Shown: piece after piece, positions 27,770 to 37,568 of the stretch | Position numbering within the stretch: position 1 is the first letter of the stretch | Layout of the letters: each line of letters opens with the position of its first letter | Origin: a virus | Lineage: Duplodnaviria; Caudoviricetes | Strand: one strand, 5' to 3' | IMG/VR virus record: IMGVR_UViG_3300033149_005642 | Coordinates: 1-50,092 of that record | Length of the DNA: 50,092 bases | The notes under the pieces: generated by a model | Databases searched by the model: none | Told to the model about the DNA's origin: nothing | The model's input: the letters and a program-made list of their open reading frames with translations, nothing else | Made by a program: the position numbers and the translations under genes

Positions 27770-29578
27770 ATGGCCATCAACGTCGATAAACTTGCTCAGC
27801 GCTTCTTCAAGTTCATCGCCCGCGCCGGGGATTTCAGCTTTACCGATTTGCAAAAGAGAGGAGTACATATAGCCTTCGAGGAATACGCGAAGGGGAGGAT
27901 GAGCCGGAAAGGACTGGTGGAGGTTCTCCATCGGATCGCCGCTAAGTTGGGAGGCCCGTTCGCAGCTGGCGACTTTGCGAAACTGTATTCCGATCTTCCC
28001 GAACAGGTTCCTCCGATCCAGGACGTTCCTCCCGAAAGCGGCGCTGCGGAGGGCAAGGTCGTAGAGAAAGCGAAACGATTGGAAACCCTCAAGCAGCGGG
28101 CGGAGAAGTTGAAAAAAGAGGGGAAATTGAAGGGTCCCTCTCGAAAGAAACCGAAGACAGTCCCGAAAAAGGTAACCCGGAAGAAAGCCCCGGCGGCGAA
28201 AGCGGCGAAAGCGGCGAAGACGGCGAAGGCGACGGAGGAGACGGTCTCCTCTTTCCTGGGGAAAGGTGCAATTCGCGCGGTGTTTCCGAAGGGCCGGTAT
28301 AGGCTGAGGAAAACCGTCACCGGTGGGCCGTTCAAAAAGGGTGCCATCGTTGAAGTAAAGAATCCTGAACTTCACTTTCCGGGCGGCACCGTCGAGGTCT
28401 GGAAGGGCAAGAAGAGGACATGGGTATCCGTCAACGAAGTGGAAGCATTGGAAGGAGGAGAAGCGGGAAAGACGGCGGCCCCTAAGGCCGTGAAAGTACC
28501 CTCAACGGAGGAAGCGGCGGCAGAAGGAGCAGCCAAAGGACAGGAGTTGGCCCGGATCGACCCCGAAAAGGTGATCTCGACGGGAGCCGTTGGGGAGAAC
28601 CAAAAAGGGTTCGCGGCCACGGTAGATGCCGATGCGGTCAAAGCAGTCGAGCGTCCGGGAAAAGTGACGGTCAGGATCGTAGACCGGGCAACCGGACAGA
28701 TCGTTGACGAGGTGGAAGCGGTAGTCCATCCCAAGAGAGTCGCCGAGTCACTTCGGAATACCTTGAAGAAGTGGGAAACCACGCAGCGCGCGACGAAACT
28801 GGCGGCCAAGGCTCCTGGGGCAGCTGGGGCGGCTGGGGCGGCTGGGGCGGAAGCTACGAAGGGCGTTCCGAAAGAGATGAAGACTGCCGTGAGAAATATC
28901 ACGCAACATGCCGAGAAACTGAAGCAGGAAGCGGCGGCGGGTGCGCCCTCGAAGGAAACATTGGTGGGAGCAGAAGCCGCTGCCAAACAAGGTCAGGCCG
29001 TTTTCGGCAAAACGATATCGGGATGGATTCAGGCGGGGCTGAAAGCATTGGGGCTGGAGAGTACGGGAGACAGTACTGCTGACATCGGGAAGATTATCGG
29101 GAAGCCGGTGGAATGGGTGAAAGCCCATCCGACCAGGGCGATGACCCGTGCCAGTATCAAACTTGCGAGGCTCGGCCCCGCCGTCCTCGGTAAGGCTGCA
29201 GGCGAAGTCGAGACGGGAGCAGCGGCGGCGGGTAAGGCAGCGGAGGGGGGTCTTCTCCGATCGCTGAAGAAGGGGGCGAAAGGTCTTGCGGAGAGCAAGA
29301 TGGCGTGGGCCTTCCTGGTTGGGTTCATGGCGATAGACTTGCTGAACAAAGTGCAAGAAGCTCGCGCTCGCGCTCGCCTCGCGCAGGGACAGGACCGCAT
29401 CCGGATGATGATGAATCTGGTATCTCCCGCCGAAGCCCAGGTCCAATACATGGGGATGTTGAGAGGAGGCGGAGGAGGGATGGGAATGGGACCCTCCATG
29501 ATTCCCGGCATGATGGGTGGAATGGCCGGTGCCACGCAGCTTACGCCCGGTGAAGTACCGATCGGAGGGGGGCGATAG
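27770..29578 (+). CDS. Lys/Ala-rich putative internal virion protein
   Basis: Histone H1-like KKAPAAKAAKAAK segment; late hydrophobic segment; Gly/Met tail. Confidence 0.65.
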   Translation: MAINVDKLAQRFFKFIARAGDFSFTDLQKRGVHIAFEEYAKGRMSRKGLVEVLHRIAAKLGGPFAAGDFAKLYSDLPEQVPPIQDVPPESGAAEGKVVEKAKRLETLKQRAEKLKKEGKLKGPSRKKPKTVPKKVTRKKAPAAKAAKAAKTAKATEETVSSFLGKGAIRAVFPKGRYRLRKTVTGGPFKKGAIVEVKNPELHFPGGTVEVWKGKKRTWVSVNEVEALEGGEAGKTAAPKAVKVPSTEEAAAEGAAKGQELARIDPEKVISTGAVGENQKGFAATVDADAVKAVERPGKVTVRIVDRATGQIVDEVEAVVHPKRVAESLRNTLKKWETTQRATKLAAKAPGAAGAAGAAGAEATKGVPKEMKTAVRNITQHAEKLKQEAAAGAPSKETLVGAEAAAKQGQAVFGKTISGWIQAGLKALGLESTGDSTADIGKIIGKPVEWVKAHPTRAMTRASIKLARLGPAVLGKAAGEVETGAAAAGKAAEGGLLRSLKKGAKGLAESKMAWAFLVGFMAIDLLNKVQEARARARLAQGQDRIRMMMNLVSPAEAQVQYMGMLRGGGGGMGMGPSMIPGMMGGMAGATQLTPGEVPIGGGR

Positions 29579-29581
29579 TGA

Positions 29582-32500
29582 ATGGTATTCTTCGCAGGCG
29601 ATACTAAGCCCCGTCCCCCGTCGTCCGCCGTTCCCGAATTCCAACCAGTCACCCTTCTGGATCGACCCAACCTCTTCATTTCCAACCTGTTACGGCTGGA
29701 CCCCCAGGCTGCAGCATTGGCGCTGTTCGCCCCGGACCGGTTGTCTCCCGAAGAGAGGCAAACGGTCTCTCAGAGGATAATGGGGGCGGGACGGAAGAAC
29801 GTCGTTCTGAAGACCCTCCTCGACATCAGCACCCATCCGATGGTTCTCCTGGGGTTGCTGGCTGCCGTGAAGTTTCCCGTGATGCGGGCGGGGGACCTGC
29901 TGAAGATCGCGCCCAAGTTCTCGGCGTACAAACGGGTGTTGCATCCCCTCGTGGCGAAGATCAGTTCATCCTACGTGATATTCGAGGGAACGCCCGTAGC
30001 TCGCATCATGGACAAGATCGTGGTGGCCAGGGCACGGTTCCTGGAGAAGTGGTTGGACAAGTTCGGAGAGGCCATCTCGACGGCGGCGAAGCGGAAAGGT
30101 TCGATAGTTTCTTCGGTCGAATCCTATTTGGTATCGGGGAAAGTAGAAGCGCTGGACAGCAGGGCCAGTTGGCTGTCGAAACGGGCGGGCCTGAAGGGAG
30201 CGTTGCTGAACCGGAAGGTGCTGGATCGGGCGCTGCGCGAGCGCAAACTCGACGCTCTGGCTTCGGGGGTACGGAAGACGTTGGACGAGTTCGTCAAGGA
30301 ATACAGGAAGTTGTCCCCCGATTTGAGAGATCGAGTGGCGAAAGCAATGGAACGTCGTCACAAGGTAGGATTTCCGGGTACGAAGTTGAAGGAACCGTTC
30401 TGGCCCCACGTACTGTCGGAAGATGCCGAGGGGTTGAGAGAAACGCTGTTGCGCAGTATGGAACTGGCGACGGACATGGGCGAGAAGATGCGGCTGAAGA
30501 AGCTGGTAGAAAACGTGGATCGAGTAGCATCGGTCCACTGGGTCACGCGGCGAGGGAAACTGGCAATGGTCCCCAGTCCCCGCGAACTGGATTTATTGGA
30601 GAAAGAATTCCCCGGCATCGTGAACAAAGAGGTGAGGGAGAGGTTATTCGGGAGGTTGAAGGCGAGAGCGGAATGGGGACGATCGGCACTTCGGAGATTG
30701 GTGGATTTCTATGCGGAGCAGCCGGAAGGGGCGGACCGCGAGACTATCAAGAGAGTGATGATCGACCTCCTGGCGGGTCGGAAGTCAGGGTTGAGGCGGG
30801 TGATAAAAGGACAGTCAAGAGAGGCCATCAAGGCATACAACGAGAAACTGAAGAAGAACCCCCTCTACTTCTTCCAGGAAGGTCCGCTGAAAGGAACGAG
30901 CAAATGGGAGGGATTCCGATATCCGAGGGCTATAGCGCGGCAGATCGTGAATGCGGCGGAAGAGGAATTGCTGGCGGGGGACAAAGCGAAGGCCGCCGAG
31001 ATTCTGGAAAACTCCATCTCGGATGCGGCCAACACGTTGCCGTATACCCTCGACATGACGAGGGCACTGGAGCACTACATCAACAGCATGGGCCACGAAT
31101 GGGCCTTCACCGTCGAGACCACTACGGGACGACTGGGCAGAAAGGTAGGTCTGGGTGAAGCCCTGACGGAGTGGCGGAAGGAATTCCTGAACCGGGCGCG
31201 CAAGGCGGAGCCGGAATCTCCTGAACAGATAGCGGCGCTCCAGCGGGCGGAGATGCTGGAAAAGGATTACGTGCCGTTACTGCGGGGGGAGTTGCCCACC
31301 GATGCGAAATGGGCGGGGATGTTCTGGAAAACCCTGAAGTATCGAGCGCACAAATGGTTGACGGGGGACGGGGGCAAGAAACTCGTACCGGAAATCGTGC
31401 GGAAACCTCTCATTCAGAAGTTGCAGAAGTCCATCGTTCACCCGGCGGGGACGATGGGGGCCGACGTGGCGGGGTACCTCTACTTGTCCACGTTGGGGTT
31501 CAATCCCAGCCCCGCCCTCAAGAACATCTTTCAGACGGCCATCACGACGGGACCTCTCCTGGGCCTTGACTCGATGACGCAGGGCATCAACCGATTGTTC
31601 CCCAAGGCGCGGAAATACATACAGTTGCGGGCCAGGGGAATCTCCGACGTGGACGCAATGAAACAGGCGTTCCCCGACTTCATGGAAGCAGGGATGCCGT
31701 TGGACCCTATCACCCGCCTCGCAACTCCGAAGCATCTGGAACGATACGGGTTGCTGGAGAAGTTCAAGAGGGCGGGAATGTTCACGTTCGCCCAGACCGA
31801 GCGTTTCAACCGGCTCCTGACGTGGGAAGCAGCGATGGCCCACGCGGAAAAGGGCGGAATCAAGGCGGGTTCGGAGGCCGCAAAGGCGTTCGCACGGGAC
31901 TTGGTGGGGGCCACTCAGTTCACGGCGGGCGTAGCGGGGACTCCTTACGGGTTGCTGCGGGTCAGTCCCGTCTTCCGACAGTTCGCCCACTTTCCCGTTC
32001 GATTCACTGAGTTCCTCCGTCGTTCCACCGTGATGGGATCGGGGGCAGAGGGACCGGGTTTCGGACGACGCCAGTGGGGAACGATCGGACGGGTTGCAGC
32101 GGTGAGTGCGGGTATCTACGTCGCCGCCCGGAACCTGACCGGCGTGGACATGAGCGGAGCTCTTCTGTCGGGCGCTCTTCCCTTGCCCACGTTCCCGGAG
32201 AGCCCCTTCTATCCGTTGCCGTTCGTTCCCCCCGTCCTCTCAATAGCCGGAACGGGAATAAAGGCGATGGCGACGGGAGAGACGCGGGGGCTGGGGGCGA
32301 CGGCGGCCTTGCTGGTGCCGGGCGGCCTGGCGGCGCGGAGAGTCTATCGAACTTTCCATCCTCGCTTCGCGGACTACAGCATGAGGACTCCCGATGGGCG
32401 TATCCCCGTCTACTCGGACAAGGGGATGCTCATCGGCTATCGTTCGCCACGGGAACTGGTGTTGCGGGGGATGGGCTTCAGAACCGCCGACGCCGAGACC

Positions 32501-32845
32501 GAACGAGAGCTTACTCAATATCTTCTCAAGCAGCGAGACCAGATACGAGAATATCGCCGCGCTTACGTGGAAGCGATGGCAAAGAACGACACCGAGAAGA
32601 TGCAGGAAATCCAGGAGGAGTTCAAACGCCGTTACCCCCAGCTCGGTCCTATCCAACTCAAACGCTCCGACATCACCGCCTTGGAGAACCGCAAGCTCCA
32701 CGTCCGCGTGTCCCGCATCCTCAAGGGCTTCCCGAAAGAGTACCGCTCGACGTTCCAGCAAATCGCCGCCGTTTCTCTCGGACCTTCCGTCTTCGGTCCC
32801 GAAGGCTTCTCCCCCTCCGCCGGTCAATACTACATGCAGTTCTAA
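29582..32845 (+). CDS. Large internal virion/DNA ejection protein
   Basis: 1087 aa, last gene of structural arm; LGFNPSPALKNIFQT, TERFNR and ATQF...FRQFAHFP segments typical of large phage ejection proteins. Confidence 0.65.
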   Translation: MVFFAGDTKPRPPSSAVPEFQPVTLLDRPNLFISNLLRLDPQAAALALFAPDRLSPEERQTVSQRIMGAGRKNVVLKTLLDISTHPMVLLGLLAAVKFPVMRAGDLLKIAPKFSAYKRVLHPLVAKISSSYVIFEGTPVARIMDKIVVARARFLEKWLDKFGEAISTAAKRKGSIVSSVESYLVSGKVEALDSRASWLSKRAGLKGALLNRKVLDRALRERKLDALASGVRKTLDEFVKEYRKLSPDLRDRVAKAMERRHKVGFPGTKLKEPFWPHVLSEDAEGLRETLLRSMELATDMGEKMRLKKLVENVDRVASVHWVTRRGKLAMVPSPRELDLLEKEFPGIVNKEVRERLFGRLKARAEWGRSALRRLVDFYAEQPEGADRETIKRVMIDLLAGRKSGLRRVIKGQSREAIKAYNEKLKKNPLYFFQEGPLKGTSKWEGFRYPRAIARQIVNAAEEELLAGDKAKAAEILENSISDAANTLPYTLDMTRALEHYINSMGHEWAFTVETTTGRLGRKVGLGEALTEWRKEFLNRARKAEPESPEQIAALQRAEMLEKDYVPLLRGELPTDAKWAGMFWKTLKYRAHKWLTGDGGKKLVPEIVRKPLIQKLQKSIVHPAGTMGADVAGYLYLSTLGFNPSPALKNIFQTAITTGPLLGLDSMTQGINRLFPKARKYIQLRARGISDVDAMKQAFPDFMEAGMPLDPITRLATPKHLERYGLLEKFKRAGMFTFAQTERFNRLLTWEAAMAHAEKGGIKAGSEAAKAFARDLVGATQFTAGVAGTPYGLLRVSPVFRQFAHFPVRFTEFLRRSTVMGSGAEGPGFGRRQWGTIGRVAAVSAGIYVAARNLTGVDMSGALLSGALPLPTFPESPFYPLPFVPPVLSIAGTGIKAMATGETRGLGATAALLVPGGLAARRVYRTFHPRFADYSMRTPDGRIPVYSDKGMLIGYRSPRELVLRGMGFRTADAETERELTQYLLKQRDQIREYRRAYVEAMAKNDTEKMQEIQEEFKRRYPQLGPIQLKRSDITALENRKLHVRVSRILKGFPKEYRSTFQQIAAVSLGPSVFGPEGFSPSAGQYYMQF

Positions 32846-32848
32846 TCT

Positions 32849-32911
32849 TGACGGGGGACGGGGTACAAACTCCTGCGACCGTCCTGGATTCAAGAACCCC
32901 GTCCCCCGTCA
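32849..32911. terminator. Putative bidirectional hairpin formed by two inverted copies of the genome-wide motif at the convergence of the structural and replication arms
   Basis: TGACGGGGGACGGGGT...ACCCCGTCCCCCGTCA 16-bp stem; no U-tract. Confidence 0.5.
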
Positions 32912-34045
32912 GTCGTCGAAGAACCTACAGGCGTTGAGCTGGTTGATTACGTCAGGGGCGAGGGCGTAGTAACCGGAGCGGTCCTGCGTGAAGATATGGA
33001 GTTTCTTGTATTGGTTGAGGTAGGCGGAGAGCTTGGCGGGAGAGAGGTGAACTACGCGGGAGAAGTTTTCCATTTTGGCTCGGCGAAGGCGATGGAGTAC
33101 GCGGATCATGAGGAAGAGAAAGGAAGGAAGGGTGTCGCGGGCGATGCGGCGAATGAAGGCCGTGTCGTCGGAAGACCAGACGGTGCGGTCGTCGGCGAGG
33201 GCGCGAATCTTGCCGAGAGTGATGAGCTGTTGGGAAAGGCGGGTTCCGATCTCGCGGGTGGCGACGCCGGGTTGTGGCGTGGAGCGGAAAGACGTGACCA
33301 GGTCGGCGATGTAGAGAAGAGGTTCTTCCTGGTCACCGAGATCGACGATGGTGTCGAGGGTCGGGTTGTTGGAAAGAACGGCGGAGAGCTGGGTATGGAC
33401 GCAGTTCCGCAATTCTCGTCGCCATTCGGCTTTGCCGCGCATGGAGGCGGAGGCGTGTCGTAATCGGGCGATACGGTCTTCGAGGGAGAGGGCGGAAACT
33501 CCGATGCGGCAGGCCAGCATCCGTTCGCCGAGTTCCTGGATTTGTTCCTGGGCGTTTTCGATCTTGGTGGTGACGGCGGCGAGGAACCCGAAACGAGAGT
33601 CGTAACGGCGAAGGCCGACGGTACCGGATTGCTTGGCGTAAGAACCGTCGTAGGCGTCTCGAAGGTCGCCGAGTATCTTGTGGAAGAGGTCGGCCCCGGA
33701 ATCGAGGACGGCGGAGAATTCCTTCACGACGAGAAGTTTACCATCGAGGCGTTTGAGGAGAGAAGGATCGTCGCCGTCTTTCGTCTCGTAACCTGACGCG
33801 AGACCGGATTGGGTGAGAGAAGAAACGAAGAGGGTAGTAGGGTAACCGTCATAGGGGCGGAGGATTTCGCCCTTGCCGCTGCCGGGGGGACCGATGAGCC
33901 AACCCCATAACGGATCGGAAATGCCGCCGAACTGACTGCTGAGACAGACGCAGAAACAATAGTCAACGGCGGGTAACTCTTCGGGGCGGAGCCGAAGAAG
34001 TTTCCGGTACTTTTCTCTTACTAGCGAAAGCGGTGAAGACGGCAT
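32909..34045 (-). CDS. AAA+ ATPase, MCM-like putative replicative helicase
   Basis: Walker A GPPGSGKG, SSLTQSGLASG, Walker B-like LVVKEF, DLRDAYDG, FLAAVT, ER arginine-finger region. Confidence 0.7.
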   Translation of the reverse strand: MPSSPLSLVREKYRKLLRLRPEELPAVDYCFCVCLSSQFGGISDPLWGWLIGPPGSGKGEILRPYDGYPTTLFVSSLTQSGLASGYETKDGDDPSLLKRLDGKLLVVKEFSAVLDSGADLFHKILGDLRDAYDGSYAKQSGTVGLRRYDSRFGFLAAVTTKIENAQEQIQELGERMLACRIGVSALSLEDRIARLRHASASMRGKAEWRRELRNCVHTQLSAVLSNNPTLDTIVDLGDQEEPLLYIADLVTSFRSTPQPGVATREIGTRLSQQLITLGKIRALADDRTVWSSDDTAFIRRIARDTLPSFLFLMIRVLHRLRRAKMENFSRVVHLSPAKLSAYLNQYKKLHIFTQDRSGYYALAPDVINQLNACRFFDD

Positions 34046-34589
34046 CCGTGTAGTCCCCCACGCTGTCTGAGAGATCGGACCTGGCGAAGGGGATGAGGAT
34101 AAAGATGTGGCGACGGTCGCGGAAAGCGTAACCGTGGCGGATGGGAATTTTACCGCTTCGCAACAACCCCTTCGGGAGGTACGCTCTCAAGCCCTTACCT
34201 TGGACAACCATTCGGACGGTGCGATACCAGAAGATAGGTCGTGTATCGTGAGGTATAGGGTAATAGGGACCCGTGAGTCGTTGGACTTCGGGATAGAGCG
34301 TGGAAAGTTGAGCGAAGTCGGGATGGCGCTTGCGGGAAAGAAGGAGGAAGCCGAGGTTGATAGTATCGGCAGTGCCGGGAACGAGGCCGAGAACCGTCCA
34401 GAAGTTCCCGGAACCGGGTATCTTGTAGCGAGCGTTACCAGAGAGGTAGAGGTAGTATCCGCCGATATACTGATTGATGGCATGTTCCCAAAAAGACGCC
34501 TTGACGGGAGAGACGCGACACCGTTCGGGAATCTTGGCGGGACCTCTTGAGGTTGTCATGGCTGAACCTCCTGACGGGGGACGGGGCAT
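33963..34589 (-). CDS. Hypothetical protein
   Basis: Fills the - strand operon; start uncertain. Confidence 0.55.
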   Translation of the reverse strand: MPRPPSGGSAMTTSRGPAKIPERCRVSPVKASFWEHAINQYIGGYYLYLSGNARYKIPGSGNFWTVLGLVPGTADTINLGFLLLSRKRHPDFAQLSTLYPEVQRLTGPYYPIPHDTRPIFWYRTVRMVVQGKGLRAYLPKGLLRSGKIPIRHGYAFRDRRHIFILIPFARSDLSDSVGDYTDAVFTAFASKRKVPETSSAPPRRVTRR

Positions 34590-34664
34590 ATGGAGGTTGG
34601 GAGTGACGGCACTTCACGACGTCTTGTACCCCGTCCCCCGTCGTCGTTGTAGCTGGTTATCTCC

Positions 34665-35189
34665 TCACTTCCCCTTCGGGGTTTCCGGTTCAGCCGGAGT
34701 TTCCGGTTCAGCCGGAGTTTCCGGGGCTTCGGCCTCGACGACGGGATAGTCGGTGATGCGGCCTATCGTGAAGGAGCCGCGTTCGAGGTCGCGGGTTTCC
34801 ACAGTGACTTGCATCACCTTCCCGGCGGGTTCGGCACCCTCCGGCATGTTGTCGAGGTCGCCCCCGAAAGTGGCGACGCACGCTTCGTAGAGTTCGTCGG
34901 TGTTGTTGGGAGTGGTGTTCGTCTTGGGGTGATAGATCGGTCCCATCATCGAAGCGTTGGCGACTGCGATACGACCGAGCCGGAACTTACGGCCTTCCAG
35001 TTCGGGATGAGAGACGATGCGAACGTAGGGGGTGATGCAAGGGGCTTTGTCGCGGTCTCGGATGGAGGTACGGAACCCCGCCCCTACGCAAAGATAGTCG
35101 CCGTCGGGGGGCATCCACCGACTGGCGAGGTTCTCCAGATAAGCCTTGTTGTGTTCTCGTGCGGCTGCCAGGAAAGCGTTTCTGTCCAT
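34665..35189 (-). CDS. Putative ssDNA-binding protein
   Basis: Follows Sak4-like ATPase; OB-fold size; acidic PETPAE-repeat tail; function inferred from synteny. Confidence 0.5.
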   Translation of the reverse strand: MDRNAFLAAAREHNKAYLENLASRWMPPDGDYLCVGAGFRTSIRDRDKAPCITPYVRIVSHPELEGRKFRLGRIAVANASMMGPIYHPKTNTTPNNTDELYEACVATFGGDLDNMPEGAEPAGKVMQVTVETRDLERGSFTIGRITDYPVVEAEAPETPAEPETPAEPETPKGK

Positions 35190-35207
35190 GGTTGTCTCGC
35201 TTCCTTT

Positions 35208-36080
35208 CTACTGGGACCCGGTTTGACCTGATGCCTTGAGATAGACATCCCGAAACAGCTCCCAACCTCCGATCTTCGGGAGCAGGATTTCATCTTCAGG
35301 AAGCTGGATGCGGGCCTTCCCCGGACGCTCGACCGAGCCGATGGTGAGAAGGGAGTAACGGTTTATGGTCTTGGTCTCCGGGGCGTTGATGGTGCGCCCA
35401 TCCGCCAGCTTGACCTGCTTCTGGACTTGGACCGTCTCGGTGTAGAAATAGGCGGTGAGGACGTACTCGGCTCGTGAAGTGATGCGCTCAGCGAGAGAGG
35501 GGGCCATCGATTCACGGATGCGGGTCACTTCCTTGCCGTCTGGGCCGGTTTTGCGTTCCGTCTTGAGGTGGGCGCAGATGAGCCAGGAGTAACCGGCTTG
35601 CTCGAAGAGGTCGAGATCGTGCAGGACGCGGCGACGCAGCATGGAGTAACCGGTTCCTTCGCGTCCGATCTCCTCGATGGCTTCACAGCCCTTTTCACGG
35701 GTGAGGTCTGCGGAGAGCCAATCGGTCCAGGTGTCCACGGTGTCGATGATGATGCGGCGGACTGGACGGTGTTTGTCTTTGGCATCCCGCAGAAGTTTGT
35801 CACGCACCGCTTTGTAGTGTTCCTGGTTGCGCAGACTGATGTAAAAGTTGCGACGTTGCTCGGTGGGAATCTGGGAATGGGCCGCCTCGAAGTCCAGCAC
35901 GATGGAGTTCGGGACGGATGCGGCGAAGGTGGTCTTGCCGCTCCCAGAGAAACCGACCAGTACGATCTTGAGGTCGTCGGGGGCCTTCGGGGCGTAAGCC
36001 GAACTTGCTCCCAACGATGCGTATTCCGTCGGCACCGGAATGGTGTTGGGTTCGACGGAAACGGCCCTTGTTTCAGACAT
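35208..36080 (-). CDS. AAA_24 / Sak4-like ssDNA annealing ATPase
   Basis: VLVGFSGSGKTTFAAS, VLDFE, IIIDTVD, LICAH; GAGGAGG RBS. Confidence 0.82.
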   Translation of the reverse strand: MSETRAVSVEPNTIPVPTEYASLGASSAYAPKAPDDLKIVLVGFSGSGKTTFAASVPNSIVLDFEAAHSQIPTEQRRNFYISLRNQEHYKAVRDKLLRDAKDKHRPVRRIIIDTVDTWTDWLSADLTREKGCEAIEEIGREGTGYSMLRRRVLHDLDLFEQAGYSWLICAHLKTERKTGPDGKEVTRIRESMAPSLAERITSRAEYVLTAYFYTETVQVQKQVKLADGRTINAPETKTINRYSLLTIGSVERPGKARIQLPEDEILLPKIGGWELFRDVYLKASGQTGSQ

Positions 36081-37212
36081 GGGTTTCCTCCTCGCTCTCC
36101 TCCACACTGTCATCGTCTACCGAAACGAAATTCGACGCGTACTCATCTTGCCATGCTTTGCCTCCTATATTGAGGGAACAGAGGGATGAATAGGGGCACA
36201 GGTGCCCGTTGAACACGCAGGACGGTTGGCGGCGGGGAAAGTATTTCGGGATGACGGCGGTAGGATCGCCGCCTTGTTTCTCCAGTTCTCGCTTGGCCGC
36301 CTTGACGGATTGGGCGGGAAGTTGAAGCCGGAGGAGCGCTTCGAGAATGGCGCGGGAACTATCGTTATTGTCCCACGGGATGAATTCGGACCGGAAAGGC
36401 GGCTCCTCCTGGTCGGCATACCATTGATTCACGCGCTCCAGGTAGTCCTCGAAGGTCTTGTCTTTCCGGCAGTAGCGGATGGTGGGGCGGCGAATGAAGT
36501 TGTAGACGACGCCGCCGAGAGGCCGACCGAAATGAACCCCGACGACAAGAGAATAAAAGATGGTCTGGAGAGAGAAGTTCCTGCCGGTAAGCACGAGGTC
36601 GGAAGAGTAGGTGGAGGTCTTGTGGTCCACCACGTAGAGTTTCCCGTCCTTCTGCCATACGCAATCGGGCAGGACGCGGAGCTTGAAAGGGACCTTACCG
36701 GAAGTCGCCACTACTTCGGTAAGGGGCGTCTCGACGAGCAGGATGTCGGACGGGGAGAATTTGGGGGGATAGGTCTTCCACCAAAGTCGAGCCATCGCTG
36801 TCGCTACCGGCCATCCCCGTTCAAGGGACATAATGGCATTCATGCATTTGTCTTGGTCCATCGGGGGCAGCTTTGCCCAGATGGCCTTGTAGTCGGTGAT
36901 GGTGTGGTCGAGCTCTTCGCGGGCGCGCTGGATGCCGTGTTCCAAATCGAGGTTGGTACGGTAAGCATTGCAGATGATCGAGTGGAAGAGAGTGCCCACG
37001 TCTGCGGCGGGCTTGACTTCGGGATAGGGACGGCGAATGCGGAGTATCTGAGAGTAGAAGAATTTCCGGGGACAAGACCACCACGTCTCGATGCTGGAAC
37101 AACGGAAGGTCGGAATCTCGATGGGTGATTCCAGCGGGTCCACGTTCTTTGCGTTCTTTGCGTTCTTTGCGTTCTTTGCGTCTTTCACGTCCTCGACCTT
37201 TTCCTTTCCCAT
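36073..37212 (-). CDS. PD-(D/E)XK Cas4/RecB-like exonuclease
   Basis: SCPRKFFY, GTLFH, PD...VVDHKT, QTIFY, C-terminal C..C..C cluster ligands. Confidence 0.85.
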   Translation of the reverse strand: MGKEKVEDVKDAKNAKNAKNAKNVDPLESPIEIPTFRCSSIETWWSCPRKFFYSQILRIRRPYPEVKPAADVGTLFHSIICNAYRTNLDLEHGIQRAREELDHTITDYKAIWAKLPPMDQDKCMNAIMSLERGWPVATAMARLWWKTYPPKFSPSDILLVETPLTEVVATSGKVPFKLRVLPDCVWQKDGKLYVVDHKTSTYSSDLVLTGRNFSLQTIFYSLVVGVHFGRPLGGVVYNFIRRPTIRYCRKDKTFEDYLERVNQWYADQEEPPFRSEFIPWDNNDSSRAILEALLRLQLPAQSVKAAKRELEKQGGDPTAVIPKYFPRRQPSCVFNGHLCPYSSLCSLNIGGKAWQDEYASNFVSVDDDSVEESEEETHV

Positions 37213-37539
37213 GATGGCGACTCCTCACGAAAGAGAAGGAGAGACGAACGAGACGATGCGGAGGAGAATGACGGAGGGGCGGAAGGCAATGCCAGCCGCC
37301 CCTTTACCCCGTCCCCCGTCAACTATGTCTTTCTGGCTTTGGGTTTGGATTTCCGGCGTCGCCGTCGAGTGCGGGAGGGACGCCAGCCATGACGTTTCAC
37401 GAGGGTGCCGTACACGAATTCTTCGAGGCGTCGTCCCCGGTAACCTCGCTTGCGGCCCGCACGTTCCAGTGCTCGTTCGATATGCTTCGGCACTGATCCG
37501 TCTCCGATGCAGACGTTTTCGACTTGCGCCGGTGATTAT

Positions 37540-37568
37540 AGTGTAGTTCATTTGGAGGTCCTTGTCAA
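37540..37568 (-). promoter_or_regulatory. sigma70-type promoter for the recombination genes
   Basis: TTGACA-17 bp-TACACT on the - strand. Confidence 0.7.

Noticed and set aside
29582-32845. Tape measure protein or virion RNA polymerase
   Set aside because: No tail tube or chaperone context and no RNAP catalytic motifs seen; fits an ejection protein better
36073-37212. Cas4 as evidence of a CRISPR-Cas system
   Set aside because: No other cas genes or array; it sits beside a Sak4-like ATPase in a typical phage recombination module
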